Shown one piece after another: positions 54,288 through 56,927 of a stretch of DNA of 56,927 nucleotides (position 1 is the first letter of the stretch; every line of letters starts with the position of its first letter). The stretch lies in NCBI GenBank assembly GCA_964514995.1, contig CAZETA010000004.1, forward strand, positions 1 to 56,927. Reading direction: 5' to 3'. The notes under the pieces were generated by a model that was not told the DNA's origin, did not search any database, and saw only the letters and a program-made list of their open reading frames with translations. This stretch comes from an uncultured Gammaproteobacteria bacterium (GTDB lineage: Bacteria > Patescibacteriota > Patescibacteriia > Magasanikbacterales > GWA2-37-8). Both the position numbers and the translations under genes were made by a program.

Positions 54288-56075
54288 ATGACCGACACCC
54301 AAGCCATTAAGGACAGGCTGGATATAGTCCAGATTATTGGCGAATATGTTCGCCTCAAAAAAGCGGGCATAAACTATAAGGCCAACTGTCCCTTCCATAA
54401 CGAGAAATCGCCTTCGTTTATGGTTCAGCCCGAAAAGCAATTCTGGCATTGTTTTGGTTGTAATAAGGGCGGGGATGTGTTTTCTTTTGTGCAGGAAATG
54501 GAGGGGATTGATTTTTCTGAAGCATTAAAAATTTTAGCCAATCGCGCTGGGGTGAAACTTGATAATTTTGCCAGTGAGGTCAATAAGAGTCAGAAAAATA
54601 GAATTATTGAGATCAACGCTAAGGCCGCATATTTTTTCAATCATTTCCTCTTGGAAATGCCTGCGGCGCAGGGTGCGAGAGATTATTTACAAAGAAGGCA
54701 GCTGGCCAAAGAGACGATTAATGAATGGGAGATCGGCTTTATTCCCGATCAATGGGATTTATTGACAAGATATTTATTGCAAAAAGGAAATAGCGTAGAT
54801 GATCTAATTGCTTCTGGTTTGACAATAAAAAATGAAGGGAGAAATAGTTTCTACGATCGTTTTCGGGGGCGGATCATGTTTCCGATCTGGGATGCTCATG
54901 GCAATGTCGTCGGTTTTACTGGTCGGGTACTGGTAGAGACTGAAATGTCTGGTGGTAAATATGTAAATACGCCGCAGACTTTAGTTTTTGACAAATCCAG
55001 AATTTTGTATGGCCTCAATAAAGCCAAGACCGAAATAAAGTCAAAAGACCAGACGGTGTTGGTAGAAGGCCAGATGGATGTCATTGCCTGTCATCAAGCG
55101 GGAATGAAAAATGTGGTGGCTTCTTCGGGTACGGCATTAACATTTGAACAAATAAAACTACTAAAAAGGTATTCCAATAATATCGCCATTGCGTTTGATG
55201 GGGACGCAGCTGGGCAGAATGCGGCCAAGCGAGGAATAGATTTGGCTTTGGAACAGGGGATGGGCATACGAATTATTCAGATTCCAGCTGGCGCTGGAAA
55301 AGACGCTGATGAATGTATTAAAAAAGACAAAAATGTTTGGTTTGCCACTGTGGAAAACGCTAGAGAAGTCATGGATTGGTATTTTTCCAGCACGCTTGAT
55401 GCTGTAGATGTCAATAATCCCAAGCAAAAACAAAAAGCGGCCGAGATATTGCTTACTGAAATCGGTCGTTTGCCATATGCCGTTGAGCGTGATCATTGGT
55501 TAAAGAAATTGTCGTATGAATTAGGTGTGGAGCAGAGCGCGTTGTCTGCTGAAATCGGCAGATTAGCCGGTGCTCGACCTAAACACCAGGATCAGATTCA
55601 AGCCGCTCAATCGAAGGTTTCGCAAGTGCCAGAATCCAAAGAAGCGGAGCCGAGCAAGCTGCCGTTGTTGGTTGAAAATCTACTGGGCCTAACATTCAAA
55701 TTTCCTGCTTTATTGAGGGAGTATTGGCCTAAATTAAAATCAGAATTTTTTACCGAAACCAGATTTGCAGACCTTTACGAATTGTTAAAAACCAAGTATA
55801 CTGATTCCATTGATATCGAAACGTTTAAGAATAGTTTATCCACGGAACAGCAAGCCGTGGTTGATGTTTTATTGCTCAAATCAGATAAAGATTTTAGCGG
55901 GTATAGCTTAGATCAAGCGGCCAAAGAAGTGGGAGTTTTGTGCGCTGCTATAAGGTCTGATTGGCAAAAAAATAAACGGCAAGAATTAAACGCTTTATTG
56001 CGAAAAGCGGAATATGAAAAAAATGCCGAGACAATCAGACGAATTTTACAAGAAATAATTAATTTAGATAAATAA
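54288..56075 (+). CDS. dnaG: DNA primase
   Basis: Start placed at MTDTQAIKDRLDIV (54288). Zinc ribbon CPFHNEKSPSF...HCFGC, RNA-polymerase core (RIMFPI, GRVL) and TOPRIM (VLVEGQMDV, AFDGDAAG). Confidence 0.93.
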   Translation: MTDTQAIKDRLDIVQIIGEYVRLKKAGINYKANCPFHNEKSPSFMVQPEKQFWHCFGCNKGGDVFSFVQEMEGIDFSEALKILANRAGVKLDNFASEVNKSQKNRIIEINAKAAYFFNHFLLEMPAAQGARDYLQRRQLAKETINEWEIGFIPDQWDLLTRYLLQKGNSVDDLIASGLTIKNEGRNSFYDRFRGRIMFPIWDAHGNVVGFTGRVLVETEMSGGKYVNTPQTLVFDKSRILYGLNKAKTEIKSKDQTVLVEGQMDVIACHQAGMKNVVASSGTALTFEQIKLLKRYSNNIAIAFDGDAAGQNAAKRGIDLALEQGMGIRIIQIPAGAGKDADECIKKDKNVWFATVENAREVMDWYFSSTLDAVDVNNPKQKQKAAEILLTEIGRLPYAVERDHWLKKLSYELGVEQSALSAEIGRLAGARPKHQDQIQAAQSKVSQVPESKEAEPSKLPLLVENLLGLTFKFPALLREYWPKLKSEFFTETRFADLYELLKTKYTDSIDIETFKNSLSTEQQAVVDVLLLKSDKDFSGYSLDQAAKEVGVLCAAIRSDWQKNKRQELNALLRKAEYEKNAETIRRILQEIINLDK

Positions 56076-56093
56076 AATTAAGTTTTCCCTTCT

Positions 56094-56927
56094 ATGCCGT
56101 CGAAAAAAAGAGGGACAATTAAAAAAACTTCCAAGCCATTGCGCGGCAGCCAAACGCGTAAGCAAACAAGGGAGAAGTCGGTAAAAAAATCAAACAAAAA
56201 AATTTCTATAAAAAAAATCTCCAAACAAAAAAAATCTCCATTTCTTAAAAAAGGAAAAAAACAAGACCAGCCAGAAGAGGTTGTTTCAGAACCTACGCTT
56301 AAGGATATCTGGGCGTTGGTGGCAAAAGGCAGAAGCCGTGGATTTCTTACCCAAATTGAAATCGAGGGTGTTTTTTCTCGTCCTGAGCGGTATCTTGATT
56401 TGTATGAAGGGTTGATGGATCTTTTGGATAAAAACGGTGTTAGTGTTGTGGAAACGGCCGGGAATCTGTTGGGGCAACGAAGCGGCAATAAAGAACTGTT
56501 GAAGCAGTTTCAGGGCGCTCAGCCTGACATGGACACGCCGTTTGACCTGGGCCAGATTTCTTCTGACTCAATCCAGATGTATTTGCGCGAGATTGGTAAG
56601 ATTCCACTCCTCGGAGCGGCGGAAGAAATCGCTTTGGCGAAACGAAAAGAACGAGGAGATAAAGAGGCAGACAGAAAGTTGATTGAAGCAAATTTGAGAT
56701 TGGTGGTGTCTATAGCAAAAAAATTTGTCGGCAAATCTTTGTCGCTTTTGGATCTTATCCAAGAGGGTAATATTGGCTTGTTTAGAGCAGTCAAGAAATT
56801 TGACTATCGAAAAGGCTTTAAGTTTTCTACCTATGCCACCTGGTGGATTCGTCAAGCCATTACCCGTGCCTTGGCAGACCAGTCTCGCACGATTCGTATT
56901 CCAGTGCATATGGTAGAGACGATTAAC
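56094..56927 (+). CDS. rpoD: RNA polymerase sigma factor RpoD (5' partial; continues past the window end)
   Basis: The ATG at 56094 opens a frame that stays open to the window edge. Region 1.2 ([16 protein letters not shown]) and region 2 ([52 protein letters not shown]). It follows dnaG as in the classical macromolecular-synthesis operon. Confidence 0.95.
   Translation, partial: MPSKKRGTIKKTSKPLRGSQTRKQTREKSVKKSNKKISIKKISKQKKSPFLKKGKKQDQPEEVVSEPTLKDIWALVAKGRSRGFLTQIEIEGVFSRPERYLDLYEGLMDLLDKNGVSVVETAGNLLGQRSGNKELLKQFQGAQPDMDTPFDLGQISSDSIQMYLREIGKIPLLGAAEEIALAKRKERGDKEADRKLIEANLRLVVSIAKKFVGKSLSLLDLIQEGNIGLFRAVKKFDYRKGFKFSTYATWWIRQAITRALADQSRTIRIPVHMVETIN

Noticed and set aside
56078-56916. 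Five ORFs in the track at 56078-56916 (four on the minus strand, one alternate-frame on the plus strand).
   Set aside because: This region is covered by the rpoD frame from the ATG at 56094, which stays open to the window edge and carries regions 1.2 and 2. The track lacks rpoD only because it has no stop in the window.
1-56927. CRISPR arrays, rRNA genes, transposases/IS elements, and alternative genetic code (UGA recoding).
   Set aside because: I saw no regularly spaced 25-40-bp repeats, no rRNA-like conserved blocks, and no transposase or integrase-like ORFs. Genes end cleanly at TAA, TAG and TGA (for example TGA at 14656-14658 overlapping the wecB ATG, and TGA ending ftsE), so the standard bacterial code fits.

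Overview
This is a 56.9-kb bacterial chromosomal window. It is AT-rich with tightly packed, often overlapping genes. All three standard stop codons are used, and I saw no sign of UGA recoding. No rRNA, CRISPR array, transposase or integrase was found.

About 31 kb (7.6-38.7 kb) is a surface-glycan super-locus made of four blocks:
- a GDP-fucose block (gmd, fcl);
- a markedly AT-rich variable block holding a Wzx flippase, WecB, GT4 enzymes and six SAM-methyltransferase-like genes;
- a block with a GT11 fucosyltransferase, an AsnB-like amidotransferase, GT2/GT4 enzymes, Ugd and an epimerase;
- a rhamnose block with RmlB, a plant/virus-type fused 3,5-epimerase/4-reductase, PGI/PMI, four GT2 genes and RmlA.

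A small housekeeping island (rpmA, a small membrane protein, an FtsW/RodA-family gene) interrupts the locus.

Flanking content upstream: a tRNA-Ser-like gene, a PfkB kinase / methyltransferase-like / AhcY trio, a MazG-like NTPase, an ABC-F ATPase and an O-antigen-ligase-like TPR membrane protein.

Flanking content downstream: a 1284-aa secreted multidomain protein, ftsEX, convergent tRNA-Gln and tRNA-Pro, pilT, a CCA-adding enzyme, an AbrB-type regulator with a HlyD/MacB-type four-component exporter, a GATase1 protein, dnaG and the 5' part of rpoD.

The most unusual object is a ~450-bp segment at 43.20-43.64 kb. It is about 63% G+C by hand count, against a much more AT-rich background. It has its own promoter, two Shine-Dalgarno-led ATGATG small ORFs (82 and 43 aa) and a compound terminator. 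I recognise no protein or RNA family in it. It is either a foreign small-protein cassette or an undescribed structured RNA.

The organism cannot be named from the sequence. The gene content and style are reminiscent of small-genome uncultivated bacteria (CPR/Patescibacteria-like), but that is inference only.
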